The position numbers and the translations under genes were made by a program. From a virus, in IMG/VR virus record IMGVR_UViG_3300028867_000005, positions 1 through 64,000 of that record: a stretch of DNA of 64,000 bases, one strand, 5' to 3'. Positions 9,061 to 17,929 of the stretch are shown here, piece after piece. The stretch's first letter is position 1, and each line of letters starts with the position of its first letter. A model generated the notes under the pieces. It was not told where the DNA came from and searched no databases. It worked only from the letters and a program-made list of their open reading frames with translations.

Positions 9061-9525
9061 TGGCTTTATTTGAGGATTTGAGTATGGACATTAAAAAAGA
9101 CCCGCCGCCTGTGGAGTTGGTTTCTCTCGTCGGAAGCCCTGCACCTGCCAATCCGATTCAGACCGTCATCACCACGCGCGGCTGGGAATACCTGCGCTGG
9201 GAAGTGGTGCGCCGCATCATGGGCAAGCTGGTAAACACTGACCGCGGCTTTAAAATCTGGAAACTCCACATTCGCATAGGATGGTACTGATCATGAATAT
9301 CAAAGAACTGATAGCGGCAGTTGCCACCTATCGTGATGGCACCAACGATTTGGCGCCAGAGGAAATCCATCTCATTACTGAAGGCATCAATGCTATCAGC
9401 CGTCGCATGATTGTGACGCAGTTGATAGCAGGGATGGCAGCAGCTGACGACTATACGCCTAGATTGATTGATAAAACTGATATAGATCATGCGGTGCGCA
9501 TTGCCGACCTGATTATCGAGGCAAC

Positions 9526-9699
9526 ATGACCCGCACTACTCACACCTACGCCGTGCTCGAGGTCAGCCCCGAGGCCTACGCTGAAATCAAGCGCGGGCTG
9601 CTGGCGGCCGGCTACGACCACGCCATTACCAAGGACGGCCGCGAGGCCGAAACCATCGACATGCACGGCATCGCATTGCAGGTGAAAGCTGATGACTGA
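9526..9699 (+). CDS. Small phage hypothetical protein (57 aa)
   Basis: Below the track cutoff; GAGG SD; MTRTTHTYAVLEVSPEAYAEIKRGLLAAGYDHA; overlaps both neighbours. Confidence 0.55.
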   Translation: MTRTTHTYAVLEVSPEAYAEIKRGLLAAGYDHAITKDGREAETIDMHGIALQVKADD

Positions 9700-10105
9700 C
9701 GCAGCCCTGATCACAATCAGCGAGCTCCCCATTACCAACCGAGCGCGCAATGCACTGGCGGTCGCCAATATCAGGACGGTGGCCGACCTGCTGCACTACA
9801 CGCCGACCCAGTTGCTGGCCGGTGTATCGGAATTCGGCAATACTTCCCTGAAGTCGGTGGAGGAAGCGATAGAGGCGCGCGGGTTCCAGCTCAAAACGGA
9901 AACCAGCCGCCCCATGCGCGTGAGCCGCGCTGACCACCTGATAAAGCACACGGCGGATCTCGCCGAAGACCTGCGGGCCCTGCGTGAGAAAAATGCAGAC
10001 CTGGAGGAAGACAACAAGCGCCTGCTGCGTGCGCTGGAAGTTTCCCGCCAGCAGATTGCTACCCTGACCACTACCATCAAAAACAACCAGAAAGAGAGGG
10101 CTTGA
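9692..10105 (+). CDS. RNA polymerase alpha C-terminal-domain homologue fused to a coiled coil
   Basis: ISELPITNRARNALAVANIRTVADLLHYTPTQLL...FGNTSLKSVEEAI resembles RpoA CTD (I.EL.LS.R..N.L....I.T..DL......L....FG..SL.E+). Confidence 0.8.
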   Translation: MTDAALITISELPITNRARNALAVANIRTVADLLHYTPTQLLAGVSEFGNTSLKSVEEAIEARGFQLKTETSRPMRVSRADHLIKHTADLAEDLRALREKNADLEEDNKRLLRALEVSRQQIATLTTTIKNNQKERA

Positions 10106-10106
10106 A

Positions 10107-10544
10107 ATGCTTACCATCCTGTTCCTGCTGCTGTTCGTGCACTACCTGGCCGACTACCCGCTTCAGGGTGATTTTCTGGCGAAGGCGAAAAACCATAATA
10201 CCCGGACGCTTCCTGATTATGCTGTCGGTGGTGGTGTGCCCGGTGTCCCCTGGTATCAGGCGCTGTTCGCTCACGCCTTCATTCAGGCAGGTTTCGTCTA
10301 CCTGGTGACCGGCTGCATGGGCTTTGCGCTGGCTGAGCTGGTGCTGCACTTTGCCATTGACTACTGCAAGTCGGCTGGAGGATTCCAGCTTTCAGGCATG
10401 GATGGCGCGTGCGCCCGGACACCGTGCCAGTGTGAAGCCTGCCTGCGCTTCGCCTACAACTTCGACCAGCTGGCGCACGTCGCATGCAAGGTGTGCTATG
10501 TGCTGATTGCCTATTATTCCGGCATCCATATGGGGCTTTTCTGA
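10107..10544 (+). CDS. DUF3307-like membrane protein
   Basis: HYLADYPLQ, HAFI, HFAIDYCK and DQLAH motifs in hydrophobic helices. Confidence 0.8.
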   Translation: MLTILFLLLFVHYLADYPLQGDFLAKAKNHNTRTLPDYAVGGGVPGVPWYQALFAHAFIQAGFVYLVTGCMGFALAELVLHFAIDYCKSAGGFQLSGMDGACARTPCQCEACLRFAYNFDQLAHVACKVCYVLIAYYSGIHMGLF

Positions 10545-10981
10545 TGATCTGCTATCTGCTGGAGAGCCCGCAAACGCAGCCCTTTTATGTCGCGCTGCTT
10601 GAAAGGACGCTTGGCCGCGGCATGCCGTACTGGACGGCCAGCCCGCAAAAAGCGATACGCTTTGTGCGCAAACAGGACGCGGAATTGTTTCAGGTTCTGG
10701 TGTCTAGCTATCTGCCGGCCATGATTTGCCATGTAGTGACCCATGAGTTCGACGACCCCGCTGTGTGATGCTATCTTGGCGAGGACCGCCAAGGGGGTGC
10801 ATCATGCGCATGGAAGTGCGGATAGATACCAAGCACGGTACGCTGTTTCTGATGCACCCAGCCGCGCGCAGGGTGTTTTTTCTACCAAGCGCTGAGCTGG
10901 TGCAAAGACTCCAGCCGGCGCTGGCGGTTCTGCGCTTCATTCGTGACCCGCTCGGCCAGATTGTGCCGGGCCCGGAGGACG

Positions 10982-11227
10982 ATGATGGGGTTCCGTGACC
11001 TGTATACCGAAAACGATGGCAAGACCTGGTGCCCTGTGCGCGTGGTCGGGATCTTGGGCTCCGCCCAGTTCCTGATCAATGAGCAGGTGCAGTTTATCAA
11101 GACCTGGACCATGGCCGCCGGCTATGGCACTGAACTGGCCCTGGTCATTGCCGCGGTTGGTACCGCCTTTGCGCTGAAGTCGATGCAGGAGAGCAAGGCA
11201 CCTTCGCCGACCGCTGACCCTGCCTGA
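10982..11227 (+). CDS. Small two-helix membrane protein (holin-like candidate)
   Basis: GGAGG SD; two hydrophobic segments and a charged C-terminus. Confidence 0.4.
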   Translation: MMGFRDLYTENDGKTWCPVRVVGILGSAQFLINEQVQFIKTWTMAAGYGTELALVIAAVGTAFALKSMQESKAPSPTADPA

Positions 11228-11264
11228 AAACAGCTGCCACGGATGGCGGCTTTGGAGAGAGAAA

Positions 11265-11468
11265 ATGACAGAGCCAATCGAGGTTCGCGTACCGATGATG
11301 CCGGGCATTATGTCCGACCATGAAATGCAGCAGACCATTGTTGACAAGCTGCTGGCCGCCGGTGTCCCAGTCGTAAGCACGATGCAGGGCGCCACCGTGA
11401 CCAAGGGCATCTTGCACAAAAGCACCAATCCGATGAATTTTGAAATGGTTTTCAGGTGGGAGCCATGA
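11265..11468 (+). CDS. Hypothetical protein
   Basis: GGAGAG SD; 67 aa. Confidence 0.55.
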   Translation: MTEPIEVRVPMMPGIMSDHEMQQTIVDKLLAAGVPVVSTMQGATVTKGILHKSTNPMNFEMVFRWEP

Positions 11469-11792
11469 GCGAGCGTCCAAACCCAAGGTTCAGCCCCGGC
11501 GAGCCGGCTATCGTTGATGTGAGCGGCCTACCGCCTGGTGAATGGTCGCGTATGCACGGCTGGCGCGTAATCGTTATTGGTTCAATTTACGCAGAGAATG
11601 ATAAGGTTTTCGCATACGAGACAATGCCTGATACGTCTATTTTCGATGAAGGATATGGCTCTGATTTACTGATTTCAGAGAATGAATTGCGCCCCCTGCC
11701 GCCCGAGGAATCAATTCTCAAGGTGGTCACGGAAACCCTGCCGGTACCGGCGCAAGTGGCTGAAGACTGCCCTTTCTTCTGAGCGAGGCGCT

Positions 11793-12131
11793 ATGACTGT
11801 TTACGTCGATGACATGCGCGCCCAGTACGGTCGGCTGATCATGTGCCACATGCTGGCCGATACCGACGATGAGCTCCACACCATGGCCGCCCGCATTGGT
11901 GTGGCCCGCCGCTGGTGGCAGTCCCCGGAGAAAACCAGCGGGAGCCACTACGACATTGCCCTAAGTAAGCGCGCGTTGGCCGTCGCCGCCGGTGCCATGG
12001 AAATCACCATGCGGCAGGCCGCGGCTATGAACTTCAGGCGCAGGGTGTCCGGCGAGCTCGGCGACCCGGCCGGCGCTGTTGAATGGATGCTTTCATACAA
12101 AAAGGATAAGAGTAATGCTGCTGAAAATTAA
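11793..12131 (+). CDS. DUF4031-like protein
   Basis: MTVYVDDM...MCHMLADTDDELH.MAARIG..RRW.Q....HYDI. Confidence 0.8.
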   Translation: MTVYVDDMRAQYGRLIMCHMLADTDDELHTMAARIGVARRWWQSPEKTSGSHYDIALSKRALAVAAGAMEITMRQAAAMNFRRRVSGELGDPAGAVEWMLSYKKDKSNAAEN

Positions 12132-12579
12132 AAACGGGGCCAGCCCCATGCTTCGCCTGATCGCTGAGCCGGTGGCCGAGGTCACGTCGGATATCCGCAC
12201 GCTGGCAGCGGACATGCGCAAGACGATGTTTCGCGCCCGCGGCATCGGCTTGGCAGCGCCCCAGGTGGGCCGGTCCATCCGCATGATCGTGGTATGCGAG
12301 ACGCCGACCAAGGCGCTGGTGCTGATCAACCCGGAATATACCCCGGTGGGCGAGCTGACTACGGCCATGCCCGGCGGTGAGGGCTGCCTGTCGTTCCCTG
12401 GCCAGTTCGTGCACATCAAGCGCCTGACCACCATCGACGTGAAGGCCATTGATGAGAACGGCCTGCCCGTAGCTTTCCGCGCCACAGGCAAGCTGGCCAT
12501 CTGCATCCAGCATGAGGTCGACCACCTGGACGGAAAACTGATCGTTGACCATGTGCAGAAGAGGAAGCTCAATGGATGA
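12115..12579 (+). CDS. def: Peptide deformylase
   Basis: All three PDF motifs present: GIGLAAPQVG, EGCLS and QHEVDHLDG. Confidence 0.96.
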   Translation: MLLKIKNGASPMLRLIAEPVAEVTSDIRTLAADMRKTMFRARGIGLAAPQVGRSIRMIVVCETPTKALVLINPEYTPVGELTTAMPGGEGCLSFPGQFVHIKRLTTIDVKAIDENGLPVAFRATGKLAICIQHEVDHLDGKLIVDHVQKRKLNG

Positions 12580-13114
12580 CTACGAAAAGTTCCTGATGCC
12601 GCCGGATGATGGAAGCGGCCTCGACCCGCTGGTGCATTACGCCAAGGTGGTCGCCATGCCCGAGCATAAGCACCTGGCCGAAGGCCGCCCCAGGGTGGCG
12701 TTCCTGCTGCGCGAAGACCCGAAAATCTGCCAGTGCAAGGTGGAGCTGGGGTCCGTGCACATGCCCAAAGTGCAGGGCTCGCTCAAGGACGTATTCACCT
12801 GGTCGCTGCGCCGCCTGCTGGGCTTCGCGCCTGATTACCTGATGATTCTGGACCGCGAATACTGGATGAGCTCGACTGACCGCCTGCGCGAGATCCTGAT
12901 TTTTCACGAAGCCAGCCACATGATCCAGAAGACCAACAAGGACGGCGACCCGAGCTATGACTCGGACGGCCTGCCGGTGTGGGGCCTGGTGGGGCACGAT
13001 ATCGAAGAGTTCGACTCTGTGGTCCGCCGGTATGGCGCCTACCATACGACGGTCAGCTCGTTTGTTGAGGCAGCGCTCGAGGGTGAGAGCAAGTTTCGGA
13101 GTGGTGGCGCGTGA
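12572..13114 (+). CDS. Putative phage metallopeptidase
   Basis: LIFHEASH (HExxH) and HDIEEF..VVRRYG motifs typical of terminase-adjacent phage metallopeptidases. Confidence 0.8.
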   Translation: MDDYEKFLMPPDDGSGLDPLVHYAKVVAMPEHKHLAEGRPRVAFLLREDPKICQCKVELGSVHMPKVQGSLKDVFTWSLRRLLGFAPDYLMILDREYWMSSTDRLREILIFHEASHMIQKTNKDGDPSYDSDGLPVWGLVGHDIEEFDSVVRRYGAYHTTVSSFVEAALEGESKFRSGGA

Positions 13115-13833
13115 GCATACCCAAGCTGCGGATAAGTGATGTTGCGGAGGAAATCAAGGTAGCGCTGAAGCGCGGCGACTCCGCCCATCTGGAGCTCTAC
13201 GAGCGGTATCTGATCAAAATCCGCGCCGGTGAATTCCAGCCGCTGCATAAAGCCACATGGTTCCGCTGGGTGGCATCCATCCGGGGTGACCGGCCGGAGC
13301 GTGCCGCAGTCACTGCGCGCAAGGCCGCCAAGCACCTGCCCGCCGCGCCCCCGCCGGCCTACATCAACCAGTACCCCGGCCGTTCCGTGCGCAGCCTGGA
13401 CATTCTCGGCCGGCTCGATGAGCTGTACGAGGATGCCAAAAAGCTCCGCGACTATGCGCTGACGGAAGAGGGCAAGGTGAAGTCGCCGAAGTTCCTTGGC
13501 GAGAGCATCAAGATTCGCCGGGATCTGCTGGAGTCGGCGCTCGAGGCGGTTAAAGAGGTTTACAACCTGGAGCGCATGGAGGACTTCTACCGGATTATCC
13601 TGGAGGAAATATCGGATGAGTCGTCAGAGCTGGGTGGCCGCATCATTGACCGCCTGCGCCGTGCCAACGAAAAGCACATGATGACGCCCGACTGTGACCC
13701 GCGCGCACGCGACCACAACAAGCCTGCTGAGGCGCACATGCCGGAAATGCGTGAGCCTGCGCCGCCGGCTGAGCCTGAGTCGCCACCCCGGCCGGCGCCG
13801 GACCCGCTCGATGACGACGAGGCTATGTTTTAA
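13111..13833 (+). CDS. Probable terminase small subunit
   Basis: Helical 240-aa protein directly upstream of and coupled to the large terminase. Confidence 0.5.
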   Translation: MSIPKLRISDVAEEIKVALKRGDSAHLELYERYLIKIRAGEFQPLHKATWFRWVASIRGDRPERAAVTARKAAKHLPAAPPPAYINQYPGRSVRSLDILGRLDELYEDAKKLRDYALTEEGKVKSPKFLGESIKIRRDLLESALEAVKEVYNLERMEDFYRIILEEISDESSELGGRIIDRLRRANEKHMMTPDCDPRARDHNKPAEAHMPEMREPAPPAEPESPPRPAPDPLDDDEAMF

Positions 13834-15908
13834 TGGCATTCCCCTCGCTGCTCCGCAAGAAAGCCACATTCGGCGACATGACCGCCAAGCTCAATGAGCT
13901 GTGTGACCAGTTCGAGGGTATTACTGGTGGCGAGCTGACGGAGGCTATGCGCATTATCGGGCCCGCGGAGACGTTCCGGGAGTGGTGCCTGCGCTTGGCC
14001 GAAGAGGGGCTTGAGGTCGATAACAAGCCGTTCCGGCTGGATAACCGCAAATCCATGTGGTTCATCTACGACCAGATCCCCACCACCATCGAGGAAGCCT
14101 ACGGCAAGACGGTGGCGCTGATGAAGTGCGCCCAGGTGGGTTTCACGGTCATGGAAATGCTGGCGGCCATCTACATGGCCATCAAGTTTATGCCGTTGTC
14201 GGCCGGTATGTTCCTGCCCGACATGAAGCTGGCCGGCATCAAGTCCAGCCTGCGCTTTCTGCCGATCATTCGCACAATCCCTGCCGTCTACAACATGATG
14301 ATGGGTGAGAGCTCAGCGCCACCGGACCCGCGCCAGCCCCGCCGCGCGAAGACAGAAGGCAATGTGCTGACGCGCACGCTCGGCAAGTCCAAGTTTTTCT
14401 TCCTGTGGACCACCGGCAAGAGCATGACGGAATCCAACCCCATGGATTTCCTGTCGTTTGACGAAGTACAGAACATGCTCATCGCCGACATGGAAAAGGC
14501 GCGCGAGCGCTTGTCGGCCAGCCTGGTCAAGTTCACGCTGATGGGCTCGACTGCAAAATGGGAGGACGCGGATATCCACTACTGGTACATCCGCGGCGAC
14601 CAGCACCAGTTCCATACCCGCTGCCCGGCCTGCAATGTGCTGCAGGTGATGACGGACCACTTCCCCGGCTGCATATCCTACAACGTGAAGGACGAGGCCA
14701 CCGGCGAGCTGAAATGGCCGACGGCGCCAGAAGACGACTACATTTACACTTGCTTCAGCTGCAATGCTTACCTGGCTGATACCCAGGACGGCGAGTGGAT
14801 TCCGAAAAATCCGAAGGCCCGTATTCGCAGTCTCCAGTACCACCAGATGCTGAGCCCGACCATATCCGCGCGTGAAATGATTGAGGCTTATCGTGATGCT
14901 GAGGACATGCAGAATTTTTATAACCGCAAGCTTGGGCTGCCGTATAACGACCCGAGCCTGATACCGGTCAATCTGGCCATGCTGAACGAGTGCGCCGCCC
15001 AGGGCATGGCAATGGGGCTGGAGTGGAAACAGCGCGCAAAGGATACCTTTATGGGTATCGACCAGATGGGCGCGTTCAACGTGGTGATCATCAAGGAGCG
15101 CCTGCCCGATGGCCGCCAGGCTGTTATCCACCTGGAGTACATTTACAGCGATGACCCCTTCGCGCGCTGCGACGTGCTGATGAAGCAATACGGGGTGGCC
15201 GTGTGCGTAGTGGAAACCCTGCCGAATTACAATGACGCGAAGCGCTTTGCCACGCGCCACCCCGGCCGGGTGTTTCTGGCCGACTACGGCGACATTGCCG
15301 ACGACATGCTGCGCTGGGGTGACAGCCCGCTGAACCGCACCGACCGCAAGACGAGTGAGGCTGAGCGCGACCGCTACACGGTCAAGCTCGATCAGTACAA
15401 GTGCATGCAGGTGTCGATGATCAGGTTTGTAAAAACGCTGTGCCTATTCCCTGACCCCAAGGCGCTGGTGCAGGAAGTACTCGACAAGGGCATCCGCACC
15501 CTGGTCCCGGTATGCAAGGATCTCGCGTTCCTGCACTTTACGAAAACCGCCCTGGTTACCGAGAAGGACGAGGAACAGAAGCTTTACCGCCGCAAAGTTA
15601 TCAAGGTCGGTATCGACCCGCATACCAGCTACGCCAACATGCTTTGCGATGCCGCATACGCGCGCGCGCACGGCAACGCGACATTCCTTGTCCCGCCGGA
15701 GTCCAAAAACGTGACGCAAAAGAAAATTGAAGAGGCCCTGCCAGGCCTTAATCAAGGTGTGGTCAACATGATACAAGACCTGCCGCCCGGTGAAATTTGC
15801 GGCAATTGCCGGAACTTCGACGAAGATGGCAACATGTGCAATGCACGCGGCATGACGGTGCGCCCGCGCGACCCAGGGTGTATTCTTTTTTCATCAAATA
15901 GTGATTGA
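13833..15908 (+). CDS. terL: Terminase large subunit (lambda GpA-like)
   Basis: MKCAQVGFT (GpA-type Walker A), LSFDEVQ (Walker B), CPAC/CFSC zinc finger, FYNRKLGLPY and MGIDQ nuclease motif. Confidence 0.9.
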   Translation: MAFPSLLRKKATFGDMTAKLNELCDQFEGITGGELTEAMRIIGPAETFREWCLRLAEEGLEVDNKPFRLDNRKSMWFIYDQIPTTIEEAYGKTVALMKCAQVGFTVMEMLAAIYMAIKFMPLSAGMFLPDMKLAGIKSSLRFLPIIRTIPAVYNMMMGESSAPPDPRQPRRAKTEGNVLTRTLGKSKFFFLWTTGKSMTESNPMDFLSFDEVQNMLIADMEKARERLSASLVKFTLMGSTAKWEDADIHYWYIRGDQHQFHTRCPACNVLQVMTDHFPGCISYNVKDEATGELKWPTAPEDDYIYTCFSCNAYLADTQDGEWIPKNPKARIRSLQYHQMLSPTISAREMIEAYRDAEDMQNFYNRKLGLPYNDPSLIPVNLAMLNECAAQGMAMGLEWKQRAKDTFMGIDQMGAFNVVIIKERLPDGRQAVIHLEYIYSDDPFARCDVLMKQYGVAVCVVETLPNYNDAKRFATRHPGRVFLADYGDIADDMLRWGDSPLNRTDRKTSEAERDRYTVKLDQYKCMQVSMIRFVKTLCLFPDPKALVQEVLDKGIRTLVPVCKDLAFLHFTKTALVTEKDEEQKLYRRKVIKVGIDPHTSYANMLCDAAYARAHGNATFLVPPESKNVTQKKIEEALPGLNQGVVNMIQDLPPGEICGNCRNFDEDGNMCNARGMTVRPRDPGCILFSSNSD

Positions 15909-15966
15909 CAGGCGATATCTGTTTAATCAAAAATGAGCACACCAAGCCGCCACAAGCGGCAAGAAT

Positions 15967-16042
15967 GTCGGGGTGGAGCAGTTGGTAGCTCGTCTGGCTC
16001 ATAACCAGAAGGTCGCAGGTTCAAGTCCTGTCCCCGCCACCA
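15967..16042 (+). tRNA. tRNA-Met (CAT), initiator-like body with atypical determinants
   Basis: 76-nt cloverleaf: D stem GAGC/GCTC, anticodon arm TCTGG-CTCATAA-CCAGA, T arm GCAGG-TTCAAGT-CCTGT, encoded CCA. Confidence 0.93.
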
Positions 16043-17003
16043 GTAAGGCTGGATGACGTTGGTGGTTTCAAGACGGCCTATAAATGTCCACGAAACCGCA
16101 CCGGTTGGCAGCTGGTAACTATGCCCCCTGAGCCTTGCAGGATTACAGAAAGGCGTGAACAACTTAAAGCAGCTGAGTCGCGGCCTCCAGCCTCGTAACT
16201 GGAGTGGACTTTCGGAATGTGATCCGCTAACCATTCCGCTGGACCGGCAGAAGGCGCACTGAAAGCCCTAGTGCAAAAGGCCCCGGATCGGTAGTTAGGC
16301 TTGACGCCTTGGAGAGACTGGGAGAATAAAACCCCGCCTGGGGGGAACCCCCCGTAATGTAAATCGGATATGAATAGGTCCGGGTGGGTAGAAGCAGACA
16401 CCATGCATGGGTGCGCACAGTAGCCATAACGTATGCGCGAAGACGCATCATGCTGGAAGATGCGGCGAGGACCGAAGCTACCGCGGTGACAGGCCGGAAA
16501 GACGGCCAACTTTTCTCCTGCTCGGTGTTGGGGAGCCACCCCCAGCGCAAAACACCGGGGCACAAATGCACTGTGCTACAAGTAGCCCGACTCCGGTAGG
16601 GTGTGCATACCGGATACCTTTTACAAGAACTTGCTCTTTGTTATCCGGCATTGACGGTCAGCCTTTGCCGGGTTGGCGCCCAGAGAGTAAGTCCTTGTGA
16701 GTGGTGAGTCGGGTCTTACCCGAGCTGTTGCAAGAGTAGATGGGTGCGGTGCCACGGTAATGCGTGGTTATCGTCCAGTATGGTAGCGGCAGGCTGGCAT
16801 TGAGGAAGCGCAACCGGGGTGCCAGACATATGGGCTGGACACCAAGGAAAGAAGCTTTGATCAGTGATGCCCACGTAAGTCCAGGTTCTGCCATAGGAGC
16901 CACCATTCACAACTCACAAGTGAGTGCTTTTCGTGGAATGCAGGGGCTGTCTACATTTGAGGCGACACCCCGTCCTTTGTCCACTAAGAGCATTCACTTG
17001 TGG

Positions 17004-17077
17004 GGAGTCAGTAGCTCAGCGGTAGAGTTTGGCATCTTCATTGCCAAGGTCACGGGTTCGAGTCCCGTCTGCTTCCT
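17004..17077 (+). tRNA. Degenerate tRNA / tRNA-like element (loop TCTTCAT; central triplet TTC, alternative register TCA)
   Basis: TAGCTCAGCGGTAGAG D arm, TGGCA/TGCCA anticodon stem, ACGGG-TTCGAGT-CCCGT T arm; imperfect acceptor stem, C at position 33, no CCA. Confidence 0.7.
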
Positions 17078-17163
17078 ACAGCTCACAAAACTGCGTTCTG
17101 CATCTGGTACAAACCGTTTTCCAACCCTGGGCGGAGCGGCCTGCTGATAGAGCGCAGTTTTGT

Positions 17164-17286
17164 GGGTAGTGAATGCGCAGGCTGATGCGCAGGTACAGCC
17201 TCCTTATTTATTCGTGAACTTGCGGCTAAAGGCACAAGATAGATCGGGCATTTAAGGAATGCCGGGTTCAGCGCCGGTGACTACCC
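17164..17286 (+). ncRNA. tRNA-like RNA with complementary loops
   Basis: Closing stem GGGTAGT/ACTACCC; hairpin GCGCA-GGCTGA-TGCGC; hairpin GCCGG-GTTCAGCG-CCGGT; loop sequences GCTGA and TCAGC are complementary. Confidence 0.6.
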
Positions 17287-17386
17287 GCTTCAAGTGGCAA
17301 AGTGTGTTAGCGTAGTCGGCATGGATGAGGCGGCGGCTTGAAACCGACGCCACCGGCCACAGCAATCAATCACCCAGGAGAAAAGC

Positions 17387-17836
17387 ATGAACGACAAAAT
17401 CCCTCTGATCACCCCCACTGTTGGGCGCGTAGTGTGGTTCCGCCCGAAAAACACGGAATTCCGTGGCGACAACGGCAATTGCCTGTGTCACGACGGCATT
17501 GCCCCGCTGGCCGCGCTGGTGGCCTATGTCCACAGCGATACCGTGGTAAATCTGTCCGTCATTGACCATGCCGGCCGGCAGTTCCCCGTCACGTCGGTAA
17601 CGCTGGTGCAGGATGGCGACCCGACCGAAAACCTTGCCTTCTACGCCGAGTGGATGCCCTATCAGAAGGGCCAGGCCGCGAAGACGGAAGCACTGGTGCA
17701 GGGTATCGCCAAACTGGAAACGGCTGCGGGGAAAACCTGCAAAGGCACCAATTGTGGCGCAACAGATGGCGTCTCGCACTCTCCTGAGTGCCTTGCTGAA
17801 CACGAAGTAGCCTGCGCTATCCGCGCTAGCACCTGA
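17387..17836 (+). CDS. Conserved phage hypothetical protein
   Basis: AGGAG SD; ITPTVGRVVWF...PLAALVAYVHSD..VNL.V.D..G...WMPYQ pattern. Confidence 0.75.
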   Translation: MNDKIPLITPTVGRVVWFRPKNTEFRGDNGNCLCHDGIAPLAALVAYVHSDTVVNLSVIDHAGRQFPVTSVTLVQDGDPTENLAFYAEWMPYQKGQAAKTEALVQGIAKLETAAGKTCKGTNCGATDGVSHSPECLAEHEVACAIRAST

Positions 17837-17855
17837 TACCAGACCTCGCTGCGCC

Positions 17856-17885
17856 TTGACATCAGGGCGCAACCGGGTGTAGTAT
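17856..17885 (+). promoter_or_regulatory. Sigma70-type promoter
   Basis: TTGACA-N18-TAGTAT in the intergenic gap before ATG 17930. Confidence 0.6.
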
Positions 17886-17929
17886 TTGCACTCCACGTTC
17901 TAACTTTTAGCAACCAAGGGTACAAAAAA

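Larger units (their letters stand above)
16043..17290 (+). ncRNA. Cluster of structured non-coding RNAs downstream of tRNA-Met
   Basis: No credible ORF; long stems with G-U pairs on the + strand (16621-16700, 16697-16910, 16913-17004, 17082-17166, 17164-17286). Confidence 0.7.

Noticed and set aside
11253-11267. TGGAGAGAGAAAATG repeated before genes at 11265 and 51357
   Set aside because: Explained as a purine-rich Shine-Dalgarno plus start codon
15905-15934. Sigma70 promoter for the tRNA cluster (TTGACA at 15905)
   Set aside because: The -35 is perfect but there is no convincing -10 at 16-18 nt spacing, so it is not listed as a feature
16043-16200. Self-cleaving ribozyme (hammerhead or HDV/theta-like) after tRNA-Met
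   Set aside because: I could not find a CUGANGA/GAAA core or build the nested double pseudoknot by eye; a covariance search is needed
16327-16353. CCCCGCCTGGGGGGAACC, similar to the reverse complement of the solitary repeat
   Set aside because: The hairpin is broken and the similarity is limited to G/C runs, so it is not a credible second repeat
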